DNA from: Iphione sp. A-MEVVRFRX5
Taxonomy: Eukaryota
Direction: 5' to 3'
DNA length: 64,000 nucleotides
Assembly (NCBI GenBank): GCA_976226885.1
Contig: OZ320319.1
Coordinates: 67,084,001-67,148,000 of the forward strand
Shown here: piece by piece, positions 29,668 to 43,740 of the stretch
Layout of the letters: the number at the start of each line of letters is the position of its first letter
Numbering within the stretch: the stretch's first letter is position 1
Position numbers and translations under genes: made by a program
The notes under the pieces: model-generated
Databases searched by the model: none
What the model was told of the DNA's origin: nothing
Seen by the model: the letters and a program-made list of their open reading frames with translations, nothing else

Positions 29668-31158
29668 ATGAATCTCTCTACTACTCTAGCACCTAACGGT
29701 GTTGCCGTGGCCTTCGCTACCACGACCAAGACCACGACCGCGGCTTGGGCGGATGCGAATGACACCTTCCCGTCGTGCACCAATGCCACAACATGTGGCG
29801 ACGACCCGTTCGGTAATGGCACGGGTTGGGGCAATGACACGGACGGTATGCTCTCCACCACCGAGTCTCCCCTAGACCTGTCGTCACCCTACTCGACATG
29901 GCAGGCGATCGTCATCGTCATATTGCTGGGGATCATTATCATCGGCACAATCCTCGGCAACATTCTGGTGTGCACGGCAGTGGGCATCGTCCGTAAGCTG
30001 CGCACGCCATCTAACCTGCTTATCGTCTCGCTGGCCGTGTCCGACCTGCTCGTCGCTATTCTTGTCATGCCCTTCGCCGCCTCCTACGAAGTGCTCGGGC
30101 GCTGGGTGCTCGGCCAGATATTCTGCGACACGTGGACTTCTCTGGACGTCATGCTGTGCACGGCCTCCATCCTCAACCTGAGCATGATCAGCGTCGATCG
30201 TTACTTTGTCATCACGCGCCCCTTCCAGTATGCCATGAAACGGACGCCCAAACGCATGGCGCTGATGATTACGTGCGTCTGGCTCTCCTCAGCGCTCATC
30301 TCCATCCCGCCGCTCTTCGGATGGAAGTCGGAGGCCAAGCCGGGTATGTGCGTCGTCAGCCAGGCCGTCGGCTATCAGTTCTATGCAACGATCGGCGCCT
30401 TCTACCTCCCGCTGACTGTGATGATTGTCATCTACTACCGCATCTACATGGTGTCCTCCCGCATCGCTCAGGCGGAGGCCAAGTCCAAGCCGGCCAACGA
30501 ATGCACCGTCGGCCACCACCACGGCCACGGCATCGCCTCCGATCCACCCACGCAGAATCGCAAGGCGAGCGAGGAGAACCACAACTGTCCGAACGGTGCG
30601 GTGGGCAATAAGAAGCGCGACGACAGCACATTGGAGATGCTGCCCAAAAAGAAAAAGCCTAAGAAGGAGAAGCGTCGCTTCAAGTTCATGCAGAAGTCGC
30701 GCCTGAACCGTATCTCGTCGTCCAAGGAGCGCAAGGCGACTAAGACTCTAGGAGTCATCATGGGCGCTTTCACGGCCTGTTGGCTGCCCTTCTTCATTCT
30801 GGCGCTCATCCGGCCCTTCTGCACAGGCAAGGACACGTGTATCCCGAACTGGCTCAACGGTCTCTTCCTGTGGCTGGGCTATGCCAATAGCTTTCTGAAC
30901 CCCATCATTTACGCGCGCTTCAACCGCGACTTCCGAACGCCATTCAAGGAGATCCTACTCTTCCGGTGCCACGGCATCAACGTGCGCCTGCGCAGTGAGA
31001 GCTACGTCGAGCAGTATGGAGCTGCTCCGGGGCCGGCCACGCTGCGGGACTGCATACGACCGCCTGTTGACACAGTGGTCCGGTATCACAGCCAGGGTCA
31101 AACCATCGTCAAGCTAGGCAATGGGGAGGCCTGCGACGGTGCTGAGGCCAAGGTATAA
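29668..31158 (+). CDS. HTR7: Serotonin receptor, 5-HT7 type (class A aminergic GPCR), intronless CDS, 496 aa
   Basis: Seven hydrophobic helices. Motifs: TM1 GNILV, TM2 LAVSD, TM3 D3.32 in SLDVMLC plus DRY, TM5 YATIGAFYLP (no catecholamine-type serine cluster), TM6 ERKATKTLG/CWLPFF, TM7 FLWLGYANS/NPIIY. The C-tail RCHGINVRLRSESYVEQYG resembles invertebrate 5-HT7. The N-terminus has five N-glycosylation sequons (NLS, NDT, NAT, NGT, NDT). The first in-frame ATG is 29668; the ORF track starts at a GTG at 29638. Confidence 0.92.
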   Translation: MNLSTTLAPNGVAVAFATTTKTTTAAWADANDTFPSCTNATTCGDDPFGNGTGWGNDTDGMLSTTESPLDLSSPYSTWQAIVIVILLGIIIIGTILGNILVCTAVGIVRKLRTPSNLLIVSLAVSDLLVAILVMPFAASYEVLGRWVLGQIFCDTWTSLDVMLCTASILNLSMISVDRYFVITRPFQYAMKRTPKRMALMITCVWLSSALISIPPLFGWKSEAKPGMCVVSQAVGYQFYATIGAFYLPLTVMIVIYYRIYMVSSRIAQAEAKSKPANECTVGHHHGHGIASDPPTQNRKASEENHNCPNGAVGNKKRDDSTLEMLPKKKKPKKEKRRFKFMQKSRLNRISSSKERKATKTLGVIMGAFTACWLPFFILALIRPFCTGKDTCIPNWLNGLFLWLGYANSFLNPIIYARFNRDFRTPFKEILLFRCHGINVRLRSESYVEQYGAAPGPATLRDCIRPPVDTVVRYHSQGQTIVKLGNGEACDGAEAKV

Positions 31159-31567
31159 CTGCTCCTACTGAATGAGGGACCTTACCAGCTGGCTCTGTGT
31201 ACCCCGTGGTATCCGCCCCTTCCTTGATATTGGCGTTCTTGCCCAGACTATAGTGTATACGTAAATATTAAGACATCCCCGAAGTAATGGGTACCTAGGA
31301 CCGCTCTGGAGTGATTAGTCCTAAATACATTCTTGTTCTAACAGCAAAGATCAAATGCATATACAGCTATTATTTACATGACATTTGATCGTTTAGGGAC
31401 CTGAGTGGTATCTATTTGAGTGAGCGTTGGTTCTACAGTATGTGAAGAAAGAAGTAGACGAGCTGGAAAGAAATGAAGTACTGGGTATGCTGATTCATGG
31501 ACATCTATGTATGTTCAGCATCATTATCAAACAGTTAAAATGCTGAAGTTGGACCCTCGTAACACTA

Positions 31568-31573
31568 AATAAA
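31568..31573 (+). promoter_or_regulatory. Candidate polyadenylation signal of the 5-HT7 gene
   Basis: AATAAA about 410 nt after the stop codon. Other sites further downstream are equally possible. Confidence 0.3.
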
Positions 31574-34500
31574 GACCTACCTTAATTACCTGTATGGACG
31601 ATACAGCCTAATGGGCCTTTGCACTTGAAGTATATTTTTTAACAATGGAAATACACAATGCACCTAATGGCATTTATTATTGAATATGGGTTGTTAATGA
31701 AGTTTATATCTTGTACACACACTGTGACGACCAAAATGAATCTGTACCAGATTGTTAAATTATTATTGTTAGCCATGCACCGATTGAGAAAAGAAGAGAA
31801 GATATTCAGGAGCAGGGTAGCAGACTTATTCCGAGAGGGGCATTCAACCCATGAAAATAGCCAAAGTTGTTCCAGTCATAGCTTTAGACGACGACATAAG
31901 TAGATGTGAACCCTATTGCTCTCGTTCCTTGTATACAGTCTGTTCATCGTGATGTCCATTGGGAAGACGTATATATATACCTGTATATATATAGTCTGAC
32001 GACTATCCGATGTGTAATTGGTAACAGCAATCTTCCATGACGTCAGTGTTTTCTGTCCACCATCTGTCGTTTCCACAGTACCCAGTCCTCCAGATGCACT
32101 CCTGTGATCAGTAAGGTCACGATGGTTCGTTCTCTTTGCGTGGTTCGTATACATTTGCTAGACACTTGTAGCAGAGTGGAAACACCCGTTTCTAAGCATA
32201 TTCTTTACGGTCTCTGCAATTTTTCTCGTTTGAAAAAAATCTCATTTCAGAGGGTTTACCTTCTGTAAGCACTCCCAATTCACAAACCCTCATGACGCCC
32301 TAGAAAATGGTTAACTCTTGCCATTGAGGAGGAAAGAACTATTTTTGTATTCTGCTGACCTGGAGCAAAGGACCATTTGTTGTCGTTAGAGTTGATATCT
32401 CATATATTGTCGTCATTATCTGGATGCGCCGCTGTTTGTTGACAGTAATATTATGAGTATACTTAGGTGTTGTATACGGATTCGTGTGCAGAAATACTCA
32501 AGATTGTACTTGCATACCTATGTCAGTGAGAGATTACTCAAACTGAATTATGTACAAAGTGTATAAATGTTTATAAGAGAATGATCAGGACATAGCCAAT
32601 GAATAAGTACACCCAAAAAGATCGATTGAATATCTAAACGGTTCACTCGGTATGAGAATTAATGTTTGCAGTAATACATTCATTCGACACTTACGACTAG
32701 CGTTTGGGAACAGTATTTGTTTCTGTTGTTTATATTAGGTGCTGAAAAATAGCAATGGAACCACGATTCCTCGTCGCGTATTGAGACAGTTTGGATTTGT
32801 GAGAATGGATGTAAACTGTGATTTTGTCCAGCGATTTAATCTTACGAAAACTAGCTCATGTTCTTGAACACTGATTTGCATTAATTACCAAATGCATATC
32901 ATGAAACATTCACACAACAGCGAGGCAGACAGCTTAAGATTCTACATTTGTTTCAGTTTTAATTCGCCTTTTTGAAAGACAGGTAACAACGTAAAATTTT
33001 CCTGTGAATATTATTTTCCGTGAAAGACCGGAATTTACAATGTGCATTTGCAACTGAAAATCCTCTGACCAGTTTATGTCTTTTCCCTTGTCCTTACGTC
33101 AAAACTTGTGATGGGGCTGATTCCTCTATTAAATGTGCGTGGCTATGTTTGTGAGGCCGTCAGATCGTTAACAGATACTTTGGAGACAAGTGCCATTATA
33201 AGTATCATTGTGTACTTTAATTTTTTAACACAAACTAATCATATATTTTAAACGATCTCCTCGGTAGCTTTATTTCTAAAAGAAATCACAGAAAGTGATA
33301 CGGTATTGTTTTCATGTCACGAATGACATGTACTTCGTTATGATTTATTGAAAAGGACCAAAGAAAGTTTTGTTCAGTATATAATATTAGTTTTGAAGAC
33401 TTACGTCAAACTACATTACGTTCCTCTTTATCGAGTATAGAGTGCTGTCTTAATAGGATGATACGTGTTTTTAGACGCAAATACGACACATTGCTTAAAC
33501 CCCGCTAGAGCATTATACTCAACCTAATTCTTACATATGATGCTCGGATACCTCTATTAAGTGTGGCCCTCGGTAGCTGTTTGCTACATGAAGTATTCAT
33601 TTCAACCATATATTTCGAATCCTTTGTTAATGACAGGGTATTCTCATGTTTCAACATTACACTATCATTTCGGAAGTATTCCGATGTATCTCATGATTAG
33701 TTGATGTAAGAAATTTTACCGAATGTTGAAGTTATATGATTCTGGTACTCCGTGTAAACGTAGGAATGCTCCCAGGTTCATTCAAAGGACGGGAATGAAA
33801 GGTTCTCTGTTTTAACAGTTGAATTGGCCAACTCTGTACAGTGCTCGGCCTGCAGTTAAGAAAGACATCCCTTCAAAAGAAATATTCCTAGAAACCTTTT
33901 TCTTCTCATTGATTATTGCATTAATATAGGGGAGAGCACATAGTAGAATACCTACCATAACACCTGACATAATTCGCTGTTTATCTAAAATGTCTCTATA
34001 GATGTGCTGTGCCCAAGAGGTAAGCGCTGACTATCACGCCACCTCACGGATGGCACTGGTAGTAAAATCAAACCTGAGAACGAATCGCAAGTGAGGCAGA
34101 TTACAATATGCACCAGTTATAGTATGAACCAAAATGCAAATATTTCTCACTAAATCAATCGGGTTACAGGACTAATTACACTGTTACTCAGTATATCTTA
34201 ATAGATGTCTGTGGTCTCAGGATGTTACCTTATTATATGTCGTTTGCTGTTTTAAGCTGACCATTTGCTGTCCTCAAAACTCAAAATTCGATTGTGTCGC
34301 TTTAATTCAGCTGTGATGGCCACTGCTGGCAAATGGAATACTGTGTTCGGAACATTTTCCGGATGTCTTGCTCGGTTCCTTTTTCTGCTCATTCATCACC
34401 ACTTCTGTCCTTACCGACAAGGGGTAAATAATTCCTTGCTCGAAAAGTACGTCCTCTGACAACTTACATTACTTTATCTGCCATTCTCAAGTTATTTCGC

Positions 34501-37500
34501 CGGAATTCATATCGCTGATGAGTCGTTGTGCATTGCACACTGTGAAAAATAGTACAACTGTATCGATACTGGAAAACTGAACAATATATCGTAATTATTG
34601 CCGATCCTGTAGCTCTGCTCCCAGCGTCGTGCTTGCTTTAACAGCCAGCGACTGTCTGTAATTAGTAAAGCACTAGAGGCCCAAACCCATACTTTATCTT
34701 AATTCATTTAAGATTGAATGGATTGGATGAAAACTACTTGATAAGAAGCGATGTGCTCAAAATATTAACAAAGGCATTGTTCTATTATATTAACATTCTA
34801 TCACTCGTGTATTTTCTCTATGTATTTGTAATTCATACGACCTGCGTTTTCTATACATGGTTTGTCGTGTCCACTCGCTTCAATACACAGGTATCCTAGA
34901 GGAAAATTCATACACAGTGTGTCGTCGTGAGAAATAGTGGTTTTTGAGATGTATCATTTTTAAGTTATGTACTTGTACTGGAAGAAAGAAACTGATTATG
35001 TTTTGGTTTGTTTTCAAACACGGGGAAACGTTATATTTGTAGAGGTTACCACTCCCATGGAGTGGTGGACCATCCGGTATGTGAGATTCCAAATAGAACC
35101 AACGCTTTCGACACACGGACGCTCGTGCACGGCATTTATTATCTTGCTATGAAACAAGTAATGTATAAAATAATATACGACATATCGTATTTTATCTGTA
35201 AAATATGTATATAGATCTCTACATGTCAGAGGGTGCAGTCGTTGCATGATGCTGGTGGCTAGACGATGTTTTGCAATGTGTAGTGGCTTCAGGCCAGAAT
35301 GGCTCTGTAGGTCCCATCATAACACTAGCGGTGCATGCTAGACGTACACCTAAAGAGATGGCAGGTGACCAGGAGGTCCTTAGCCATCTATAACCATGTG
35401 CTTCCTGTGAGTCCACTGACACAACACGTACAAACCTACTACCTACTGAGGCTTCTTTATTTATAGCTCTACTCGACAGAACAATAACACTATGAAGAAA
35501 ACAGCTTTTCACTCCTGCAGGCTCTCCAGATGCCAAAATATTCTATGCATTTGGATGTCATAGTATTGTTTTTTTCAATGTTAACGCTTGTTTTCATCTA
35601 ACATTATTTCTATTCTCTCGTAGACTCTCCTCTCATGGACTCTCCTAAAGTATATACATGTACACGGTGCTTACGCGAAAATATTTTCAATGTCACCGCA
35701 TCTTTAATGTGCAGCGAAGCTTGTTTTGTTTTTTGTTCAAGTCTTATTTATAGTCAAGGTAATTGACGCTTTCCTCAGCCGTACGCAGTTTTCTGTATAT
35801 TTGTATATAGGATGTGTTATGTAGAAATACAAAAACCAGAAGCAAACCAGGTCTTTATTTTTTGTTGCTAACACATTTAACCGAAAGCATATTGTAAATA
35901 CCTGACGAAATGAAACTATTTTCGTCCAACAGAATGATGTATTAAATGCATGATTGACAAAATATGAAATGTTTACTTGTGCTTTGTCAACATTTGATAA
36001 TTTTAACAAAATATCATAGGCAATAACATTTTCTTTTCTCAGACATCAAATATTATCTTTTAATTTCCTTTGGTTTCAATGATAAAGCCAGACAACTCAA
36101 ATTCTATTTAGGGAAGAGACCGCCTTACTAAATCCCTCTGGTTCTTATTTATGACGTCCTATGCGAACCTCTCTAACGCTTTGGTAAGTGTAACTGTGTT
36201 CATTAATATCAAATGCAGTGGAATTGGCCGTCGATATCCTTGATCTGTCAGATCCTCATGCAACACGTGCAAGGTGTGGCATTCCTCTAGACAGAACCCC
36301 CCCCCCCTCCCTCCTTCCCGCTCCCCCAAAGCATGTCCTCGGAGGCATGGGTGGCGTACCAAATGTATATATATATACACGTAAATAGGTTGATTGGGTG
36401 TTGGTGGCGTATGGATCCTTTAAGGTATTCCTGTGGTGTTGTTCTCCTGTTCGCACAAATGACAGTGAAGGAAACACACCGCTCAATCTCTACAGATGCC
36501 TATTGAAAAGAAAGTGACCGTAACACCATTTCTTGTTCACCTCTGATGAAGGATGCCATCACACCTGCTCATTACTTAGCGACCAACTCACATTGAACAT
36601 GACATGCCACAGGACAGCAAAATCGCAATCACATTAGTAGTAACTGTACCGGTTGGGTACAATTAAAAGAGGGTCATGAAAGAGGGCAATATTTGGATGA
36701 TAACGTGTAGCTGTCACATGCTATATCACGCTTGGTGTGAGGTGGCCTTAGCATCTGTAGGGATAAGAACCGCAACTATCTACCACTTGGACGTTGTTAT
36801 TATGAAAAGTTGTAGCTAGTCCTTCTGTTGTCTATACGGGCCCTGAAGCAACCGCGGTCCATGTCATGAGTATTATAGGATGTGATAGTGAGAAGTTATC
36901 TTTCAATGTTTGTTGACAGATGAAAGCTTGTTACAGAGGTATATCTATATCTATATAAGCATATACATGTATATCTATATATTATGTACAGTAACACCGT
37001 ATGATAATCGCTGTTTATATGTTAGCCGCCAACATTTAAATTATTGGTAAAACAGTACAGTGGTAATGCCACTTCACTGGGAAGTATAAGTTAAAGGGTA
37101 ACCACATTGCACTTTAAAAGGACTTTATTTTTTAGCAAGTTATTGTTTTTTGTACTAAGCAGCTGTTGACATCCTAACATTGATCAAAGTAGGTGATATG
37201 GGTGATGAATGCGGAATTTCAATAATGTTATCTATCAAACCGCTTTTATACATATTTTGTAAGAGACTGCAATAAATTTGTGTAAGAAATGTCATGTCCC
37301 GGGGTCTTTAATCACAACAAATATTGCAGAATACAAATCACGGCATCATGTAGGATAAAGAATCCTTTGCATAATGAATCAATCTAACAAAATACGGAAT
37401 GTCTCCCCCCAAAAGAACAAAATAACGAAAAGTTACCTGTAAGCTGTACACAAATATGTGGTTCTCGAGAGAACCTTGCCGTGAGCAGCTTAGGCTTGTG

Positions 37501-40271
37501 TTGCAGCACAATGGCAGTCACATTCATTACCTGTAAATCCCCTTAGTAGATTGCGGCATAACATTTCAGAGCACAACTTTGAAATAACTGTGTTACGCAT
37601 TCAAAAACTCCAGTAAATGTACATGCAATTGCTGTACCTCTGTTGTATGAACATAGTGGTCAGAATACAATCTGCGTTCAGAAAAATGTAAAAGTAAAAA
37701 AGGTGAGGCACATAGGAATATACAGTACATAATAGCAATTGCTCTATTCAACTTATTGAGATCAACTACTCCAGGAGTCGTACAGAACAGGGGACAGAGT
37801 CAAATCTACACATAACTTAATCGTGACCCTAAAAGTGCGCCTACAGTTGTCCATACTTGATTTTTGGACATACGACACCTTTTTGTCTTCCAGCTCCAGA
37901 AGGAGTGGGGGACCCTTATGATCATTACAGTCAGACCATCTGACCTTCTATCACAATGCTGTGGGTCTTATAACTTCAATTCCATTTGGTCAAATGACCT
38001 GAAAATAGGATATGATACTTGCTCATACAGACACATGCTTCCGATTTATTTCTGTTTCATTTGAAGTAATTTAAAGATGAATTTATTGCACTTCAATATA
38101 TGCTGCTCACTAAAACACATACACACACTGTGTGGGGTGCAACATTTTGTTAGTCAGCTGTACACTCAACCAGTCCACTCTCTTGTTATCAGTAAACAGG
38201 TCACATGTTTCAATTCGACTCATCTGACCCATTCACGTTCGCTCTGAAGATTGGAGGATACTACCATCTATTGCTGGAATGTGTTTGCAAAGATGCCATC
38301 TATGCCCCAAATCTGTCTACGATGTAAATTTCTACGATTGGATTTGCCCGAGTGAAGGATACAAATCTAGATAATTTCTATGGGCTTCTGGACATACCAA
38401 GATTTTACCTAGACCCTATTTACATTTAAAGGACCGGACCCGACAGCATATAACCTGGATGCCCTATATATTCACCTATTACATAGAGGTCAATAGTTTC
38501 TTGAAAACGGTAGAGAAGCCATTTAAGTCTGATTTCATGTCAAAGGGCTTACCCGTCATGGGGCCATACCAGTCTGGGCTCTATGCAGTTGGAATGGATT
38601 GAGAATGGCCTTTAAGAGACCAAGGGTTAAGCAGTGGCCCGTTACACGGTAATTGATCAAAGATTTGTAAATCAAGTCAGCCACTTCAGCCCAGGAGTGT
38701 GGGTACCCAGAATGCCTGAGGGCGGCCACACTCTACGCTGCAGTCAAGTCCTCGCGGCCATGTGTATCGACACCCTCATGCCAAGAGTTCATTTAAAAGG
38801 AGTGGAGAAAAACCCATATCACTTCGACGAAAATAGAGGCCTAGAGTTTCCTTATGCCATGTTAGAGAATACCAGCTGCAATTATAGTTTCAATTCAAAG
38901 GTGCCTACAATTTTTTTATGGTTCTAAAATGAAATGGTACTATATAAATGGAACACAGCAATTAAGGATATGTTCATGTATTTTGTGGCATAGGGTGTGG
39001 CGCACAAACATCGACACTTGTATTCTGAATGGACTGCTTTGTATGCAACCACTGTGAACGAAACAAGAATGGCTTGCATTTGGTCTTCTCGCCTGTCGGC
39101 AAACCGATTACACTACACCTCATACGCAAAGGTCAGTGAAGGGACTAAGTATATGTGTTCTAACGCAGACCACCCACAAAATTACGGAGTCCTCTTAATC
39201 ACCTGCACTCTAAATTTACATAAAGGTGGTTTTTGTTTAATATGGAAAAACAAATTGAGTTTCATACAAACGAATGTCACTATTATTTCTATTACAAGGT
39301 GGTGGTCTCGGCTCTAAAACTGGCGTGCTATAAGGTCAAGTCACCGTTATTGATTAGCATCATTGCCACTAAGCGGAGGTTTTCAAATAAAACTTGTTGT
39401 TGGCACAACACCTATTTTACCCATAACACTGGAAGGATTCACAACGGCGATTTCAAGCATTTCTGCTTAGGCCTAAAAAATATCTGTTGCCCCTAAAAAA
39501 ATGAAATTCCGATAAAAAATTATCAGGGTCAATAGGTCAGTATTTTCAATGTTGATTGAAACTGAAAGCAACAAATGTATATGGTAATATCACTTCTCTT
39601 GCTCTCTCTTGCTCTCACTTCTCTTAAAGTAACTGGTATCACATGAAAACTGATGATATAAGGAACAAAATGACGTAAAGTCTCTATCTTTATTCATTCT
39701 CAAGATTCACAAAACAAGAACAAAAAAGTTACAACTGGCCACAATACAGGGGCTATTGAAAACAATTTTTTTACCAGACCTTATAGTAATCTTTGCCATT
39801 GAGTCCCTTAAATCCATACAAAGTTTCAATGATTCTACATACATTCAATAGTGCCACTTTAAATTCATACAAAAAGATCAAATTGTTTAAATTTTTATTT
39901 CATCAGTGACTGCCACGAATCAATCGATGGCATACTATGTCAATGGCGTATAGGGCCAGTCCTATCTAATTTTAGTGTGCTCAATGCTTCAGAAGTTGCC
40001 TTTCCTGACACTTTTGCTTAACCAGTCAGCATGCATACCATAACATTACATGATTCTCACACAGGGAACTACAGTGCGATGTCCGCTCGTGGACACATCT
40101 TGGATGCAGACGTGTCTACAATGCGGACGATTTGGAGCAGAACCAAAATGTTTCCTATAGTTAACCATAATTTCCCTTGGTATACCTCTACAGACAACTG
40201 TTTTAGCACGAATTGGGGGCTCCAGGGAGGCCTCACAAGTCATTTTCAAAGGTAGACATGAATAAAAATTT

Positions 40272-40470
40272 GGACTTTTACTGGTCAAATTCAGTACTTT
40301 TAGGACTTTTACTTGTCAAATTCAGTACTTTGAGGACTTTTACTGGTCAAATTTTCGTCAAATTCAGTACTTTTAGGACTTTTACTGGTCAAAATCAGGT
40401 CAAATTCAGTACTTTCAAGACTTTTACTGGTCAAATTCAGTATTTTTAGGACTCTTACTGGTCAAATTCA
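40272..40470. repeat. 31-bp tandem array (5 full units plus 1 partial)
   Basis: Unit GGACTTTTACTGGTCAAATTCAGTACTTTTA. Units 3 and 4 carry an internal duplication of about 11 bp (GTCAAATT..). Confidence 0.95.
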
Positions 40471-41720
40471 ATGCCAGGTTTGACCCCCATTCTATATCCT
40501 ACTAACAGATCTCCAATCTGGCCACATCTGAAATGCGGACGATTTGGAGCAGAACAAAGGGTGTCCGTAATTGGGACGTCGCACTGTATTATATACATTT
40601 TATCATGCACTTGTGGCAAGTTATGTGAAAGGGATAATCGGAAAGCTTCAGTTACTTTGCTAAATGAGCAGTCATAAATCTGAAAACGAGAAATGTAGAA
40701 TTCTTAACACCTTCTTTTGAACTTCTTTCCGAAAAAAATATTTCAAAACTTACATTTGGTTTATTTTGATTCCCAAAAAGGCGAGTTGAGTCATATGTCA
40801 AAATATTCAAGTGCGGTAATTGAAGGTATTTGCAGAAATCAGACAACTACTGAATATCAATACCTTTATAATCACGTGAGGACATCAAATGCCCTGAGGC
40901 ATTCCCATACTCAAGGTAAATTAGGCGCAAATATCTCCAGTATCATGGCGAGTAATGCCTTTGGGCATTATACTACAAATTCTTCGAGTCATTAGGATAG
41001 TTTATTCAATAGATTTGCTTAATTTCGAAACCTACCACTCTGAATTCCATATCCTAGATTCAATATAACTTTTAACTGAACTTACGATAGAACAAAATGC
41101 GAACATGCTGTCACCCAGACTCGGCCTAGTTATCACGGCAAGTTATTTATGCATATTTATTGCTAGGCTAAAAAGTGGATGCCCCTGGGGGATTTGATGT
41201 CCAGGATAAGGAAAATGATTACGAATTTACCAACAGACAAATGTACCATATCTATTCTAATAACTTTGTAATAATAAACTGCACATCAAATTGTTTATAC
41301 TGACTGGCGGATTTTCATTAGTTTCCATAATGAATAAGATATGTCTTGTAAGGTAACAGGGCACATGCATAAACATGTTGTTTGTCATGATACAGTCTGA
41401 TTATCTTGAATAAATAGATTTGATGATGTAATTCTATCAGCATATAAAAAGCTTCTGAGAACCTGGTTGACATAGTATCTAAGGGCATCAAATGATAATG
41501 TTTAACAGGCTCTAGGTATACTTGACCACATTAAAAAAAGTAAACCTATGCTTTACAAACAGATCCCGCATGCTGAGAAAATTACACCGTTGAAGAATAA
41601 AAAAATCTTGCATGGAAAGATTGGTTAGTAATGTGTATATTGCGGATGTAGAGACTGCATAACATTTATTGCTTAAAATAACAATAAAGTGAAAATAATT
41701 TTCACACAAAATGATAACAC

Positions 41721-41960
41721 TTGGCTTATAAGCACTGGTCCAGTGACTGAGAGGTCGCAGGTTCAATCCCGGGCCTGGGACTCTTGATCAAGACCAGACA
41801 GATTTACTGTAGCCCCAACCCAGAGTGGTCCACAACTCGTAAAAAGGCCATGGGTGTATAGGATTCTGTTCCCCATGTACAAAAAGACCCCAGAAACCTA
41901 TTCGAAATAAGAGTAGGGGGCAAACACGGGTATTCTGGTCTCTTAATTCTCAACAATAGA
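41721..41960 (+). mobile_element. Decayed tRNA-derived SINE
   Basis: tRNA-like head AGCACTGG..GACTGAGAGGTCGCAGGTTCAATCCC with a Pol III B-box at 41760-41770; the A-box is damaged. The body motif AAAAAGACCCCAG..CTATTCGAAATAAGAGTAGGGGG resembles, from memory, the conserved central domains of metazoan SINEs. The 3' end is uncertain. Confidence 0.65.
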
Positions 41961-43740
41961 TGGTAGTACGCTACCTCAGGAGGATAAGGAAGATCCCTGT
42001 CATATGATAGGTGAATATATTCCTGGTAAAAGATACAGTGAAATGAAATAAATGCTGCCGTGGCAGGCTAAATAAGGCGATACAAGAACAAATAGATGAA
42101 CTATAATTCCCAACAGAAGAAATCATTCAAAAGCACCTTAAGGCCCGGTTTCCATGTATCCAGACTTTCTATCTGTACCACAGATACGTGTATCTGGAAA
42201 AAACAATTACAATGACTTTCAACATAATTGCTTCCATGTATCCACATCTGTGGACCATGGCTAGAGAATGAAAAGAAGCAAGAAACCCAGATGCATGGAA
42301 ACTGGATCTTCATGCTTGTCTGGAAAATGGTTCGTTTTCCGGACTTGACATGCAGTACAAAAAAAACCCATGTGCATGGAAACTAGGCCTAACTCCAAGA
42401 CTATCCAGTATGTATACAATGCTGCCCATTTACCCACTTTCATCAAGGATCCGCTTCGTCTATGCTGAGACTTCGAGAGCAGTCCTCAGCTTCGCCGACC
42501 GTACCCAAGGCTAAATAAACTAGTGCGGGGACCTGTAGCATATGTTATCGCTACAGTGATAAAATAGGGTAATATCTGAATGAGAATAAGCGCATTTTAA
42601 TGCTTATGGTATATACTTTCTATCTGTGTAAAACCGTCTCTTGCCCTAATATATTCTTGGTTACACCAAGTTCACTCTCCTAGCCTCCTTAGTGCCGGGC
42701 CCTCGGAGGCCCTTGAAAATATGGGGCCTATAGCATATTACTACTTTTTGCTACTAGGTTAATCCTGAACTGACCACACCTACCCCTTCCTCCCATCCTA
42801 CTGGCTTCCATGATTCTCCTTCCCTTATATTCCCCATCTCCAACAATCACCCTCATCTCTGATGACTGCTGCCGAGCTCCATCGTCTATTCCTGACCGCC
42901 TCCCTGGGCCAGACCTGCCAGTCACGTCTCCCAGACTCTCCTAGACAGTGCCGGCCTGGTTGTTCACTTCGCGGGCCCATCCTCGACTTTCTCCGCCTAA
43001 TACATTTATGTCTTTGATAGGATTACTGTGTTCGCGATGAATGTACTGATTAATGAGTGATGATAGTGCCATCGATTGTTATGAATGCATGGACTGACCT
43101 CCAGGGAGGCCAACTTACATTGAATTATTGTAAGCGGCCATGTATAAATCACAGAAACAACTGCCAGAACAGACACCATAGCAAAAAGGACGATTTATTG
43201 TTTTTTGCTTATCCGCTGCTTTATTTTGCACGGCAAGGTCTGCAAACAATTACGGTTCCCAAAAGTTACTTTGCCTCATAAACACAATGATAAAGTTGTA
43301 ACTTTCGCATGTTGTGACTTATATTATTAATATAATCATGCTTCAAATAATTCAACATATTATATTGGGCCAAATTTAACTATGGTTAATACAAGGGGTA
43401 TCCCCATGCATAAGAGAGTTGTATTCTGTGTAGCATGTCTGTGTGTGCTCTTTTTAGAATGGAACTTGTCCCATTCTGTTGTGTTTAACCTGTGCAATGG
43501 CATGTATAGAACAGACACTATAAGTAACCGCTACAAGGATCCATGCTGTTTCCATTTCTATAGGACTAATTTTAGCCAGAACACAGTGTGAACATTTCAT
43601 GGCACTCGACGGGGCAAACACACTACACAGGAATGCACACACCTGGAAATATAGCCTTACAGAAAATGTACTGGCAGAGAGCACAGTACACTTTCCCCTC
43701 ACTTTCCGACATGCAGTGGATGCAGCTGTAATAAGATATA

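Noticed and set aside
29433-30857. Several alternative-frame and antisense ORFs over the receptor (e.g. 30132-30611 +, 30468-30857 -, 29433-29861 -)
   Set aside because: They are shadows of a GC3-rich CDS and have no domain motifs.
37090-38620. Kolobok-like TTAAAGG / CCTTTAA ends (about 37092, 38427, 38610)
   Set aside because: No pair shares more than 3-4 nt of inverted identity.
39467-39783. Possible degenerate MITE (TTAGGCCTAAAAAA... / ...TTTTTTTACCAGACCTTA)
   Set aside because: The terminal match needs several gaps and is mostly A/T runs.
40272-40470. 31-bp array as a CRISPR
   Set aside because: The units are contiguous with no unique spacers, there are no cas genes, and the context is eukaryotic.
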